Source of the DNA: Gemmatimonadaceae bacterium
GTDB lineage: Bacteria > Gemmatimonadota > Gemmatimonadetes > Gemmatimonadales > Gemmatimonadaceae
DNA length: 50,927 nt
Reading direction: 5' to 3'
NCBI GenBank assembly: GCA_024654005.1
Contig: JANLGX010000142.1
Coordinates: 1-50,927 of the forward strand
Position numbers and translations under genes: made by a program
In this document: positions 19,168-28,043 of the stretch, piece after piece
Numbering within the stretch: the stretch's first letter is position 1
Layout of the letters: every line of letters begins with the position of its first letter
Notes under the pieces: model-generated
Databases searched by the model: none
What the model was told of the DNA's origin: nothing
The model's input: only the letters and a program-made list of their open reading frames with translations

Positions 19168-19700
19168 GCTTCACCGTCGGATGAGGTGAGAATGGCGCGA
19201 ACATCGCCGGCCAACTTTCCGTTGGTCGCGATGACGCCGGCGAAGAACGAGGTCTGCCCGCCGGACCAATCGGTGAAAACGCCACCGGCTTCGGCAATAA
19301 TGGGGACGAAAGGAGACCAATCCCACACCGCCATACGCGCGTCCACCATACACTCAGCGCGGCCGGTCGCGACGACCGGATAACCGTAACCGTCGCCCCA
19401 CGTGCGCGCGTGACGGGCCCGCGCCGCGAGCGCGCGCCACTGGCCTGCACGGCCGGCCTCGGCGAGCAGCCGCTCCAGCTTCTGTTCCGGGTCGCCGGCC
19501 AGCAGCGGCCGGTCCGCGGCCGCCGCCCCCAGCCGCAGGGCTGCCGTCCGGGGCTCTACTCTAAGGTATATGGTAGGGCCGGCTTGAGGCACAAGTACCC
19601 CGATCGCCTCGTTCGAGATCCAGCCGGCACCAGGAGCAACTATAGCGGGGGTGCGGGGCAAGCGCTCGCGGAGCATGGCGATACTAGCTGCTGCAGCCAT
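19164..19700 (-). pseudogene. 5'-truncated hisN (IMPase-family histidinol-phosphatase) fragment
   Basis: The C-terminal ~110 aa closely match HisN at 25257..26030 (LLAEAGRAGQWRAL..WGD.YGY..VATGRAECMVDARMAVWDWSPFVPII.EAGGV..DWSGG). The N-terminal ~130 aa, including the DPIDGT metal site, are absent. The ORF start overlaps the aroA stop by 17 nt. Confidence 0.7.
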
Positions 19701-20976
19701 CGCTGCCGGCGCAGTACCCTACGACACGCTTCAAATCGTTCCAGAAGGTGGGGTACGACACGCTTACACATGCCGGACTCTCGATCTTGATGCGGTTTCC
19801 GGGCAACGCCCCAACTATGCCGAAGGCCATCGCGATGCGATGATCGCCCGCCGGATCGATAGTCCCATGTAGCTCCCGCCGCGGCCCCCACACCCTAAGT
19901 CCATCTTTCCGCTCTTCGGCTCGCGCACCAATTGCGATCAGATTGCTGACTACGGTCTTGATGCGATCGCTTTCCTTTGCCCGCAGCTCTTCTGCGCCGC
20001 TGATCTCGAGATCGACCCCGGCTCCAGCAGCGACGCAGGCGAGTAACGGAAGCTCGTCAATCAACGCTGGCACCTCGGCCTCAGTAATCGCAATTCCGGT
20101 CAGAATCCCGGGCAGAACACGAAGTGATCCGACTTCGTCACCGTTGCATGTCTTTGCATCTTCCCGGCTGATAATCGCTCCCATCCCATGCATAGCGCGA
20201 AGGAATCCGGTTCTGGTGCTGTTGAGGCACACATCGCTGAGAACCAGTTCGCTTTCGTCTGCGAGTGATGCGAGAGCCACGAAGAACGCAGCTGATGACG
20301 GATCCGCAGGCACATCAATCGTGAGAGGGCTCAAGCGTGCGGTGGGGTGAAGAGAAACGTGGTTCTCTCGGTCAACTCTGATATCAGCCCCCATTGACCG
20401 CAGCAGTCTCTCTGTGTGATCACGCGACAGGCTCTTCTCGTGGACGCGAACGTCGACGCCGGCGACGAGGCCTGCAAGCAGGATGGCGCCCTTTACCTGT
20501 GCGCTCGAGCCGCCCGTGTTCCAGGTCGCGCTTTTCAGGTCGCCTCCGTGCACAATGAACGGCAACCCATCGCCGCCCTCGAATTCGAACCGTGCGCGCA
20601 TCGCAGTCAAAGGTTCTGCGATGCGTTTCATCGGACGGCGGCTGAGACTTTCGTCGCCAACGAATCGTGCACTGAAGTCGCAAGCCGCCACAACGCCCGC
20701 GATCAACCGTGCTGTCGTTCCACTGTTGCCACAGTCGAGCGCACCCCGTGGCGATGTCAAGCCGCGTAGCCCCACTCCCTCAACGCGCATCGAGGTCGAC
20801 AAAGCTGGAAGCGCAACGCCGAGTGAACGGAGCACGGTCACGGTCGCGCGTATGTCCGCAGCGTCGGATATTCCACGAATATCCGACTCGCCCTCCGCAA
20901 GAGCCGCGAGGATGAGCGATCGGTGGGAGATGGACTTGTCTCCCGGCACTCGAAGCTGCCCGCGGACGCTCAACAT
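19684..20976 (-). CDS. aroA: 3-phosphoshikimate 1-carboxyvinyltransferase (EPSP synthase)
   Basis: Contains VPGDKSISHRSLILAALAEG, ..LDCGNSGTTARL.. and ..ELRAKESDRI... The start is taken at the ATG at 20976 (MLSVRGQLRVPGDKS). Confidence 0.9.
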   Translation of the reverse strand: MLSVRGQLRVPGDKSISHRSLILAALAEGESDIRGISDAADIRATVTVLRSLGVALPALSTSMRVEGVGLRGLTSPRGALDCGNSGTTARLIAGVVAACDFSARFVGDESLSRRPMKRIAEPLTAMRARFEFEGGDGLPFIVHGGDLKSATWNTGGSSAQVKGAILLAGLVAGVDVRVHEKSLSRDHTERLLRSMGADIRVDRENHVSLHPTARLSPLTIDVPADPSSAAFFVALASLADESELVLSDVCLNSTRTGFLRAMHGMGAIISREDAKTCNGDEVGSLRVLPGILTGIAITEAEVPALIDELPLLACVAAGAGVDLEISGAEELRAKESDRIKTVVSNLIAIGARAEERKDGLRVWGPRRELHGTIDPAGDHRIAMAFGIVGALPGNRIKIESPACVSVSYPTFWNDLKRVVGYCAGSDGCSS

Positions 20977-21034
20977 CCAGACCTGGGGATGCGGTCGACC
21001 GCGGTTGTCCCTTCGCGGTGGCGGGTGGTTACGC

Positions 21035-21490
21035 TCAATCGTAGCATCGGTCCGGCCGTAACGATCGCGCCTTCCGCAAATAGACGTGCTTAACGCCATT
21101 CAATGGCAACGTCGTCTCGACGTGCAACAAAACGCGGATGCAAAGCGGAGGTGCGTGCGGAACGGGAATCTCCGTAGCGCACAGACACGGGATGTCGTTC
21201 CAGTTCAGGTCGCGCGTCGCCCGAGCGGGAAACTCGCTGCGAATGTCGTGGGTGACGGTGAAAATGGCGCTCACGATCTGCGAGGAATCGAAGGAGTTCT
21301 TCTCGCCCATCTCGACCAGCAGCTCTGCCGTCGCTGACCTGACCTCATCCGCCTCATCCTGGTCGATCGTAGTTGCCCCGCGAACCGCCAGAACGCGAGA
21401 GTGCTGTGAGTTCTCCTCCCGGTCATGTATTCTTGCTGGCCCCTCGGGCCATGGAGCTGTAGGAGTCGCGCCCGCGCGTTGACTCTTCAT
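21035..21490 (-). CDS. aroH: Chorismate mutase, AroH class
   Basis: LAVRGATTIDQDEADEV...IVSAIFTVTHDIRSEFPA.. is the AroH (B. subtilis-type) pattern. The ATG shares one nt with the pheA stop (TGATG). The N-terminal ~30 aa extension is uncertain. Confidence 0.8.
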   Translation of the reverse strand: MKSQRAGATPTAPWPEGPARIHDREENSQHSRVLAVRGATTIDQDEADEVRSATAELLVEMGEKNSFDSSQIVSAIFTVTHDIRSEFPARATRDLNWNDIPCLCATEIPVPHAPPLCIRVLLHVETTLPLNGVKHVYLRKARSLRPDRCYD

Positions 21491-22077
21491 CAGAAGCTCT
21501 TTCGAGTCACGATGCGAAACAACGTGCGATTGTCGGGCACGTCGTCGATATTCTCCAACACGATGGTCAAGCCGTACCTCGCAGCAGCGGCGCGACCGGC
21601 TATCGCAGCCTGCGTGAGGCTACGCCCACTCGCGACGTGTCGAGCCGCGCCTCCCGTGTCGTAGCCCGGAACCGGAGTCAATGCCGGATGGTCGGCGAAG
21701 AAGCGTTTGCATTGCGCGATTGCCATGGGATGGCTCATCACGGTGCGAATTGTGTCGAGCCGCGCTCCGGGAAGAGCCAGGAGACAGTTGCGAATCGGAA
21801 ACAGGATCTCTCTCACAACCCTGAGATCATCCGCTTCTGCCAGAGCTGCCTCGCTCTCCACGACCGGACCAGCAATCGCGTTTCTGATCGGCAGGACACC
21901 GAATTCAACGCTTCCCGTGCTGACTTCTCGAATGACCGCTCGGAAATCGCGCTGCGGACACGATTGCGCCGATCCTTGCCAGACATGGGCGATCACCTCG
22001 TCGCTGTAGGCACCGTGCTCCCCCTGGAAAGCAACCCGCTGTATAGGTGCTTTCACGCTGGTACTGCCTCGGACCAT
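21490..22077 (-). CDS. pheA: Prephenate dehydratase, catalytic PDT domain only (no ACT domain)
   Basis: Contains [15 protein letters not shown].., ..[14 protein letters not shown].., ..[10 protein letters not shown].. The protein stops right after DNRTLFRIV, where an ACT domain normally begins. An alternative GTG start at 22056 makes a GTGA overlap with the aroF stop. Confidence 0.8.
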   Translation of the reverse strand: MVRGSTSVKAPIQRVAFQGEHGAYSDEVIAHVWQGSAQSCPQRDFRAVIREVSTGSVEFGVLPIRNAIAGPVVESEAALAEADDLRVVREILFPIRNCLLALPGARLDTIRTVMSHPMAIAQCKRFFADHPALTPVPGYDTGGAARHVASGRSLTQAAIAGRAAAARYGLTIVLENIDDVPDNRTLFRIVTRKSF

Positions 22078-22949
22078 CGGTTCGCGCCCAGCACTCTCTC
22101 GCTCGTACCGTGACTCTGCTCGCGAACGTCGCGCTCCGCCGCCAGAGCGTAGCGACGGATGGTTTCCATAACGCGCTCGAATGCGGGGATGGTGAGCGAC
22201 TGCGGCCCATCGGATTTTGCTGTCGACGGGTCCGGGTGCACTTCGATGATGAGTCCGTCCGCCCCGACCGCAACGGCAGCGCAAGCCAGGGGCCCAATGA
22301 TGTCTGCTCTGCCGGCCGCGTGACTCGGATCAACTATCACGGGAAGGTGGGTCTCGGACTTGAGCACCGGGACCGCCGAGAGATCGAGAGTGTTGCGGGT
22401 TGCGGTCTCGAAGGTGCGAATGCCCCGCTCGCAGAGCACTACTCGAGGATTCCCTTGAGCCATGACATACTCCGCCGCGAGCAACAAGTCGTTTATCGTG
22501 GCTGACAGACCGCGCTTCAACAGAACCGGCTTCCCGCTTCTCCCAACCTCCGCAAGCAACGCGAAATTCTGCATGTTGCGCGCGCCTACCTGCAGCAAGT
22601 CTGAGTATTGACTGACAAGCTCGACCTGGCGGGTGTCCATTACTTCCGTAGCGACAGGTAGTCCGGTTTCGGCACGAGCTTCCGCGAGCATCTCGAGTGC
22701 TTGCTCACCGAGCCCCTGGAACGCATACGGCGATGTCCGCGGCTTGAACGCACCGCCTCGCAGCATCGACGCTCCTGCCGCCTTTACGGCCCGGGCGGTC
22801 TCGAGCAACATCGCTTTGCCTTCGACCGCACAGGGGCCGGCGATCACGACGAGACTGCGACCGCCGATCACGCAATCATCGGTGACCGTAACTTCGCTCG
22901 CGTTCTTGATGACATTCGTTTGCCGCGCAACAAGCTTGTAGGACTGCAT
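22053..22949 (-). CDS. aroF: 3-deoxy-7-phosphoheptulonate (DAHP) synthase, type I-beta, without an N-terminal regulatory domain
   Basis: Contains IAGPCAVEG.., ..[19 protein letters not shown].., ..CERGIRTFE.., ..VDPSHAAGR... It is collinear with the unadorned archaeal-type enzyme. The ATG at 22949 is used because the listed 22973 start is a TTG lying inside the terminator T-run. Confidence 0.9.
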   Translation of the reverse strand: MQSYKLVARQTNVIKNASEVTVTDDCVIGGRSLVVIAGPCAVEGKAMLLETARAVKAAGASMLRGGAFKPRTSPYAFQGLGEQALEMLAEARAETGLPVATEVMDTRQVELVSQYSDLLQVGARNMQNFALLAEVGRSGKPVLLKRGLSATINDLLLAAEYVMAQGNPRVVLCERGIRTFETATRNTLDLSAVPVLKSETHLPVIVDPSHAAGRADIIGPLACAAVAVGADGLIIEVHPDPSTAKSDGPQSLTIPAFERVMETIRRYALAAERDVREQSHGTSERVLGANRWSEAVPA

Positions 22950-22971
22950 CGGACGTTGGATTGGAGGAAAC

Positions 22972-22998
22972 AAAAAAAGGCCCCCGTGTTCGGGAGCC
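22972..22998 (-). terminator. Intrinsic terminator in the aroF 5' leader (the attenuator terminator)
   Basis: On the minus strand, GGCTCCCG-AACA-CGGGGGCC is followed by TTTTTTT. The T-run ends 22 nt before the aroF ATG. No minus-strand gene lies upstream that it could terminate. Confidence 0.8.
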
Positions 22999-23034
22999 TT
23001 GGAGAGGCATGCAGGAAGAAGCGTCAGCTTCTAG

Positions 23035-23121
23035 TTATACGAATGCACGCGATCTGGCCCCCGGGGTTGGCCCCGAAAAAAACCAGATAAAATAGAAGTT
23101 GGTGGCGAGCATTCTCGGCAT
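23035..23121 (-). CDS. Candidate aromatic-amino-acid leader peptide, MPRMLATNFYFIWFFSGPTPGARSRAFV
   Basis: A 28-codon ORF with a second in-frame ATG at 23112. It contains TTC TAT TTT ATC TGG TTT TTT (23097->23077). It lies between a promoter-like element and the leader terminator. Confidence 0.65.
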   Translation of the reverse strand: MPRMLATNFYFIWFFSGPTPGARSRAFV

Positions 23122-23130
23122 TGTACGGCA

Positions 23131-23159
23131 ATTGTATGTGTGCTCAGAAAAATGCGCAA
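23131..23159 (-). promoter_or_regulatory. Sigma-70-like promoter for the aro leader
   Basis: On the minus strand: TTGCGC (23159->23154), a 17-nt spacer, then TACAAT (23136->23131). A second TACAAT overlaps the first leader ATG. The region is locally AT-rich in an otherwise GC-rich genome. Confidence 0.5.
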
Positions 23160-23393
23160 GTGCATGGATCGACAAAATTCGGAGTACAAGAAGCGAGTCC
23201 GCGTGATCGCAAAAAGAATCGGTCGATGACGTAGGGGTATAGCGCGTTTCGCGCGTCGTTTTACGCATCACACCGCGCATCGTTTCTGTCTCGACGGCCC
23301 GGTTCGCTGGCGAGACCTCTCATCGCACGCGCGGGCGGCGCAGCAAAAGTGGCCTCTTTTATCTCTGCGTCCGAAGTAGTCTCCGTTGACTCC

Positions 23394-24461
23394 ATGACCA
23401 ACCTCCCGTACCCGATAAGAGTTGAGTCGGGCTCTTTTGCCGGCCTCGGTGGTCTTGTCAGGGAGGTCGCGCCTGCGCACAGGTACGCGATAATCACTGA
23501 CGCGAACGTGGCCCACCTGTACGGAAAGGCGGCCGCGTCATCTCTCGGAATAGATCAGGCGGATGTACTCGTCATTCCGGCGGGAGAGTCCAGCAAGACT
23601 CGCGCAACGTGGGGCTGGCTCACCGACGGGCTGATCACGCGCGGATTTGGCCGCGACTCTGCCGTCATATCGCTCGGCGGGGGAGTCGTTCTCGATCTCG
23701 CCGGGTTCGTCGCCGCGACGTACATGCGCGGCATCCCGATCGTCCACGTGCCGACCACGCTCCTTGCGATGATCGACGCCTCGATCGGCGGAAAGAGCGG
23801 CGTCGACACGGTGTTCGGGAAGAACCTGGTGGGCGCGTTTTACCGGCCGAACGGTGTACTCGTTGATCCGCTGTTCCTTGAAACGTTGCCGCGCAACGAG
23901 CTCCGAACGGGATTCGCCGAGGCGCTGAAGCATGGGGTCATCGCCGACCGGCATTACTTCGACTCGGTCGTGAGCGCGATGACTGGCGTTCTCAATGGTG
24001 CAGCGGCGGGTGAGTCACTCACGAGGCTGATCGAGGGCAGTGTAGCGGTCAAGGCAGGGATCGTAGGTCGTGACGAACGCGAGGATGGCCTAAGGAAGAT
24101 CCTCAATTTCGGGCACACAGTCGGCCACGCGGTCGAAATGCTGAGTGGTTACACGCTGGCGCATGGTGAAGCGGTGGCCATCGGAATGACTGTCGAGTCG
24201 AGAGTCGCCGAACGGGCCGGAGTAGCCATCAGTGGCACTGCTGCGGAGATCCGGAATGCTGTGGTCGCGGCCGGCCTTCCTGGTTCCGTGCCCCGAGGGA
24301 TGTCCGCGGATCGAATTCTCGAAGTAATGCGCTCCGACAAGAAGACGCGCGGAGGATTTGTGCACTACTCTCTCCCCAGGTCGATCGGTGACATGGCCGG
24401 ATCGGAATCCGGGTGGACGGTGGCGGTCAAAGACACGATCGTGAGAGAGGTTCTGCTGTGA
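23394..24461 (+). CDS. aroB: 3-dehydroquinate synthase
   Basis: Contains GGGVVLDLAGFVAATYMRGIPIVHVPTTLLAMIDASIGGKSGVD..GKNLVGAFYRP.. and ..NFGHTVGHAVE... A GTG at 23349 is an alternative start. Confidence 0.9.
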   Translation: MTNLPYPIRVESGSFAGLGGLVREVAPAHRYAIITDANVAHLYGKAAASSLGIDQADVLVIPAGESSKTRATWGWLTDGLITRGFGRDSAVISLGGGVVLDLAGFVAATYMRGIPIVHVPTTLLAMIDASIGGKSGVDTVFGKNLVGAFYRPNGVLVDPLFLETLPRNELRTGFAEALKHGVIADRHYFDSVVSAMTGVLNGAAAGESLTRLIEGSVAVKAGIVGRDEREDGLRKILNFGHTVGHAVEMLSGYTLAHGEAVAIGMTVESRVAERAGVAISGTAAEIRNAVVAAGLPGSVPRGMSADRILEVMRSDKKTRGGFVHYSLPRSIGDMAGSESGWTVAVKDTIVREVLL

Positions 24462-24648
24462 AGCCATACATCGATTGAGCGGCTAGTTCGACCCAAGGCC
24501 GCGGCGAAACAATAGGATTGACAAGTTCGGGCTGACTCCTGACCATTGCTTCAATGCCTATCGGCCTGACCCACCAAACCGGTGATCCGGCCCCCATCCG
24601 CGGTTTTTTTGAGCAGCAGGGGTGGGTTGCGCGCATTCGAGCCGGTGA

Positions 24649-25260
24649 TCACGCGGCATTCAAGGCTCTCGCAGCCAGTGCGCCCCTGACCTCGCTCCAC
24701 CCGACGCCCACTCCTCGAAGCGCCACTACTATATGGTATAGCAGGTCCGCGGCCTCCTCGACCGCAGCCGCGGCGTTCACCTCGGACAGCGCCATCACCA
24801 GCTCGGCGCACTCCTCGCCGAGCTTTTTTGTGCGCAGGTTCCGGTCTGCGACCAAAACCCGCGTGTAGCTCCCGCTGCTATCACTCGAATCGCCGGCCCG
24901 CTCCTGCACCGTCGCGTCGAGGACGCTGAGCGCATCGGAACGCACTTCGTCTCCAAAGCACGAGATCGTTCCGTCGTGACACGCCGGCCCCGCCGGAACG
25001 ACACGCGCCAATACCGCATCACTGTCGCAGTCGGCCGTGAGTGACACCACGCGCTGAGTCGCGCCGCTGGTCGCTCCTTTCCGCCACAGTCCGCGCGTGC
25101 GAGACAAATAGTGCATTTCTCCGGTTTCTACCGTCCACTCGAGCGCATCACGGCTCGCGTGCGCGACCATCAGAACGACGCCACTGACCGCGTCCTGTGT
25201 CACGACCGTGACCAGGCCGCGCTCGTCGTACGCGAGACTATCGAGATCGAGCGTGCTCAT
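24649..25260 (-). CDS. hisI: Bifunctional phosphoribosyl-AMP cyclohydrolase / phosphoribosyl-ATP pyrophosphatase
   Basis: MSTLDLDSLAYDERGLVTVVTQD...CHDGTISCF (HisI part), then ..RTKKLGEECAELVMA...DLLYHIVVAL (HisE part). ATGA overlap with the hisN stop. Confidence 0.9.
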   Translation of the reverse strand: MSTLDLDSLAYDERGLVTVVTQDAVSGVVLMVAHASRDALEWTVETGEMHYLSRTRGLWRKGATSGATQRVVSLTADCDSDAVLARVVPAGPACHDGTISCFGDEVRSDALSVLDATVQERAGDSSDSSGSYTRVLVADRNLRTKKLGEECAELVMALSEVNAAAAVEEAADLLYHIVVALRGVGVGWSEVRGALAARALNAA

Positions 25261-26030
25261 GCTTGACCATCCGATGCGGTGAGAATGGCGCGAACGTCGT
25301 TGGCCAACTTTCCATTGGTCGCGATGACGCCCGCGAAGAACGAGGTCTGTCCTCCGGACCAATCGGAGATAACTCCGCCAGCCTCAGTAATGATCGGGAC
25401 GAAAGGCGACCAATCCCACACCGCCATCCGCGCGTCCACCATGCACTCGGCGCGGCCGGTCGCGACAAGGAGATAGCCGTAGCAATCGCCCCACGTGCGC
25501 ACGTGACCGGCGCGCGCCGAGAGAGCGCGCCACTGGCCTGCACGGCCGGCCTCGGCGAGCAGTCGCTCCGCGGTCGTGAGCACCATCGCCTGGTCGAGCG
25601 TAGCGCGGTCGGACACGCGGACGCGCGATCCGTTCCACCAGCAACCCGCTCCGGGCGCAGCGGTGATCCACTCACCCAGCGCGGGAAAGACTGCGCAACC
25701 GGCGAGAATGTTATCACTTTCGACTACCGACACCAGCGTACCCCAGAGCGGTACGCCGCTCACGAAGGAGGCCGTGCCGTCGATAGGATCGAGGATCCAT
25801 TTGCGTGGTGCCTTCGGCCGGACCTCGCCGCACTCCTCGCCGAGTATCCCGTCGTCGGGGAAGTTTATCTCGAGCCACGATCGCATGGCTTCTTCCGCAA
25901 GCCGATCCGCGACAGTGACCGGCGAGCCGTCGAATTTCGTGTCCACCGCGGTCCGCCGCCCGAACCAGCGCTGAGCGACGTCGCCGCCGACGCGTGCGAC
26001 CTCGAGTGCAACTCTGGATAGCTCGTTCAT
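25257..26030 (-). CDS. hisN: Histidinol-phosphatase, inositol-monophosphatase family
   Basis: IMPase motifs are present (..PVTVADRLAEE.., ILDPIDGT, WDWSPFVPII). It is embedded in the his operon next to a monofunctional hisB. ATGA overlap with hisF. Confidence 0.8.
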   Translation of the reverse strand: MNELSRVALEVARVGGDVAQRWFGRRTAVDTKFDGSPVTVADRLAEEAMRSWLEINFPDDGILGEECGEVRPKAPRKWILDPIDGTASFVSGVPLWGTLVSVVESDNILAGCAVFPALGEWITAAPGAGCWWNGSRVRVSDRATLDQAMVLTTAERLLAEAGRAGQWRALSARAGHVRTWGDCYGYLLVATGRAECMVDARMAVWDWSPFVPIITEAGGVISDWSGGQTSFFAGVIATNGKLANDVRAILTASDGQA

Positions 26031-26794
26031 GCGGCGGTCTCCAGTCTCACAGGAATTCCCGCCGCGGCCACATCGGCCTTGAGTGCGGCGATGGTCGTGA
26101 TGCCATCGTGTACGATGCCGGCAATCAGGGCCGCGTCAGCCATGCCGTCCACGAATGCCGCGACTACGTGCGCCGCGGTACCCGCTCCTCCGGACGCGAT
26201 CACCGGAACACGGGACACCGCGCGCACCGACCGCAGCAGCTCGAGATCGTAGCCTTCACGCATCCCGTCACAATCGACGCTCGTGACCAGCAGCTCGCCG
26301 GCGCCGCGGGCAACGCACTCGCGTGCCCAGTCGACTACGTCGAGGCCGGTGATACGTGACCCACCGTGGGTGTACGCGCGCCATGATTCGGTGTGCCGCC
26401 GCGCGTCGATACTCACGACCACGCACTGGGAGCCGAACTGATCCGCTGCACGTGAGATCAGGAACGGGTCGGCGACCGCCGCCGAGTTGATGCTGACTTT
26501 GTCGGCGCCGCTCCGGAGCAACTGCCGGACGTCGGCGATCGTGCGGATCCTTCCGCCGACGGTCAGCGGTACCGAGAGTTTGTCCGCGGTCCGGCGCACG
26601 ACATCCAGCATGGTCCGCCGGCCCTCGGCGTATGCAGAGACGTCGAGCAGCACGACCTCGTCCGCCGAGTCGCGCTCGTACCGGACGGCGAGCTCCGCAG
26701 GATCGCCTACGTCGCGCAGCTGCTCGAACTTCGTTCCCTTCACGACGCGCCCCACGGCCACGTCGAGACAGACGATGATTCTTCGAGTCAGCAC
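26027..26794 (-). CDS. hisF: Imidazole glycerol phosphate synthase, cyclase subunit
   Basis: RIIVCLDVAVGRVVKGTKFEQLRDVGDP.. and ..VPVIASGGAG... GTG start at 26794 overlaps the hisB stop. Confidence 0.9.
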   Translation of the reverse strand: MLTRRIIVCLDVAVGRVVKGTKFEQLRDVGDPAELAVRYERDSADEVVLLDVSAYAEGRRTMLDVVRRTADKLSVPLTVGGRIRTIADVRQLLRSGADKVSINSAAVADPFLISRAADQFGSQCVVVSIDARRHTESWRAYTHGGSRITGLDVVDWARECVARGAGELLVTSVDCDGMREGYDLELLRSVRAVSRVPVIASGGAGTAAHVVAAFVDGMADAALIAGIVHDGITTIAALKADVAAAGIPVRLETAA

Positions 26795-27333
26795 GAGCCG
26801 TCCTTTAGAATAGGCACGCCCTTCATGCTCAACGGACCGCCGGTGTCCTCGCGCAGCGCACTGCGCAGCGCGAGTCCCAGCGCCTTGAACGCGGCCTCGA
26901 CGATGTGATGGCGGTCGCGCCCGCGAAGAACACGGATGTGCAGCGTGCAACGCGCGTTGTCGGTAAACGAGCGCATCCAGTGATCATACAAATCGCTCGG
27001 CAGATCACCGCTGTAGTACGGGCGCCCGCCGAGATCCACGACGACCTGCACGAGGGCGTCGTCCATCGGAATGGTTCGCTCGGCAAACCGGGCAGCGCCA
27101 GGACTCGCCAAGCTGGCGACGGCGGAACCGTACACGATCCCGACGTCTTCGATGAGATGGTGCTTAAGATCTGCCTCCGCTTCGATCGAACCGTTCAACC
27201 CGGCATACCGAGTGAGCGTAGCCAGCATGTGATCGAGAAAAAGAACGCCGGTTTGCACGACCGTCGCACCGTCGCCGATGGCGAGGCCAATGGCCACGCT
27301 GGTCTCGCGTGTCTTTCGCGTTATCGTCTTCAT
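26788..27333 (-). CDS. hisB: Imidazoleglycerol-phosphate dehydratase (monofunctional)
   Basis: RKTRETSV.., ..LDHMLATL.., ..DLKHHLIEDVGI.., ..RDRHHIVEAAFKALG... ATGA overlap with hisA. Confidence 0.9.
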   Translation of the reverse strand: MKTITRKTRETSVAIGLAIGDGATVVQTGVLFLDHMLATLTRYAGLNGSIEAEADLKHHLIEDVGIVYGSAVASLASPGAARFAERTIPMDDALVQVVVDLGGRPYYSGDLPSDLYDHWMRSFTDNARCTLHIRVLRGRDRHHIVEAAFKALGLALRSALREDTGGPLSMKGVPILKDGSC

Positions 27334-28043
27334 GCCGCGAACTCCTTCACGAGTGCGACCGGATCGAGAGCGCCGCTGTATAGCGCGGTCCCGATCACCA
27401 CGGCCGAAGCGCCCGCGCCTTCGAGCGCGCGCAGATCGTCCAGCGACGCGATACCACCGGCGGCGATTACGGGGTGCCGGGTTTGCGTCTTCACCGACTG
27501 GATGAGGGGAATGTCGGGGCCGGCGAGGAGGCCCTCGCGATGCACGGCGGTCACGAGGATGCCACCCAGCGGCAGCTTATCCATGCGGGTCAACATCGCG
27601 TCGATGGTAACTGGTGCCGCGCGCAGCCATGCATCGGTCACAGGCTGGCGGTCGCGGACGTCCAGCGCCAACACAATGCGACCGGGGTATCGTCCGGAAA
27701 CGTTCGCCAGCCACGGTGCGTCGCGGAGCGCGCGCGTGCCGATGACGACGGACGCCGCACCGGCATCCAGCCAGGCGCGCACGGCGTTCTCGTCACGCAC
27801 TCCGCCGCCGAACTGAACGCGCGTGGTCGTGGCGTAGATGATTCTGCGCGCAAGCTTGGTGTTTCCGCGGCGGCCGGCCGCGGCATCGAGATCCACGAGG
27901 TGCAGCTCGGTGAAACCGGCGGATTGCCAGCGGCGCGCGACTCGCATGACGTTCGGAATCCGGACGCACTCGCGGTCGAAGTCGCCGCCGACGAGCTGCA
28001 CGCAGCAGCCGTCGCGCAGGTCGATCGCGGGTATCACGCGCAT
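27330..28043 (-). CDS. hisA: ProFAR isomerase
   Basis: MRVIPAIDLRDGCCVQLVGG.., ..LHLVDLDAA.., ..VIAAGGIASLDDL... AAGGAGG lies 6 nt upstream of the ATG at 28043. Confidence 0.9.
   Translation of the reverse strand: MRVIPAIDLRDGCCVQLVGGDFDRECVRIPNVMRVARRWQSAGFTELHLVDLDAAAGRRGNTKLARRIIYATTTRVQFGGGVRDENAVRAWLDAGAASVVIGTRALRDAPWLANVSGRYPGRIVLALDVRDRQPVTDAWLRAAPVTIDAMLTRMDKLPLGGILVTAVHREGLLAGPDIPLIQSVKTQTRHPVIAAGGIASLDDLRALEGAGASAVVIGTALYSGALDPVALVKEFAA

Noticed and set aside
24578-24612. AAACCG...CGGTTTTTTT between the convergent aroB and hisIE genes as a bidirectional terminator.
   Set aside because: The stem is only about 6 bp with a long, poorly paired interior. It is plausible, but too weak to call from sequence alone.
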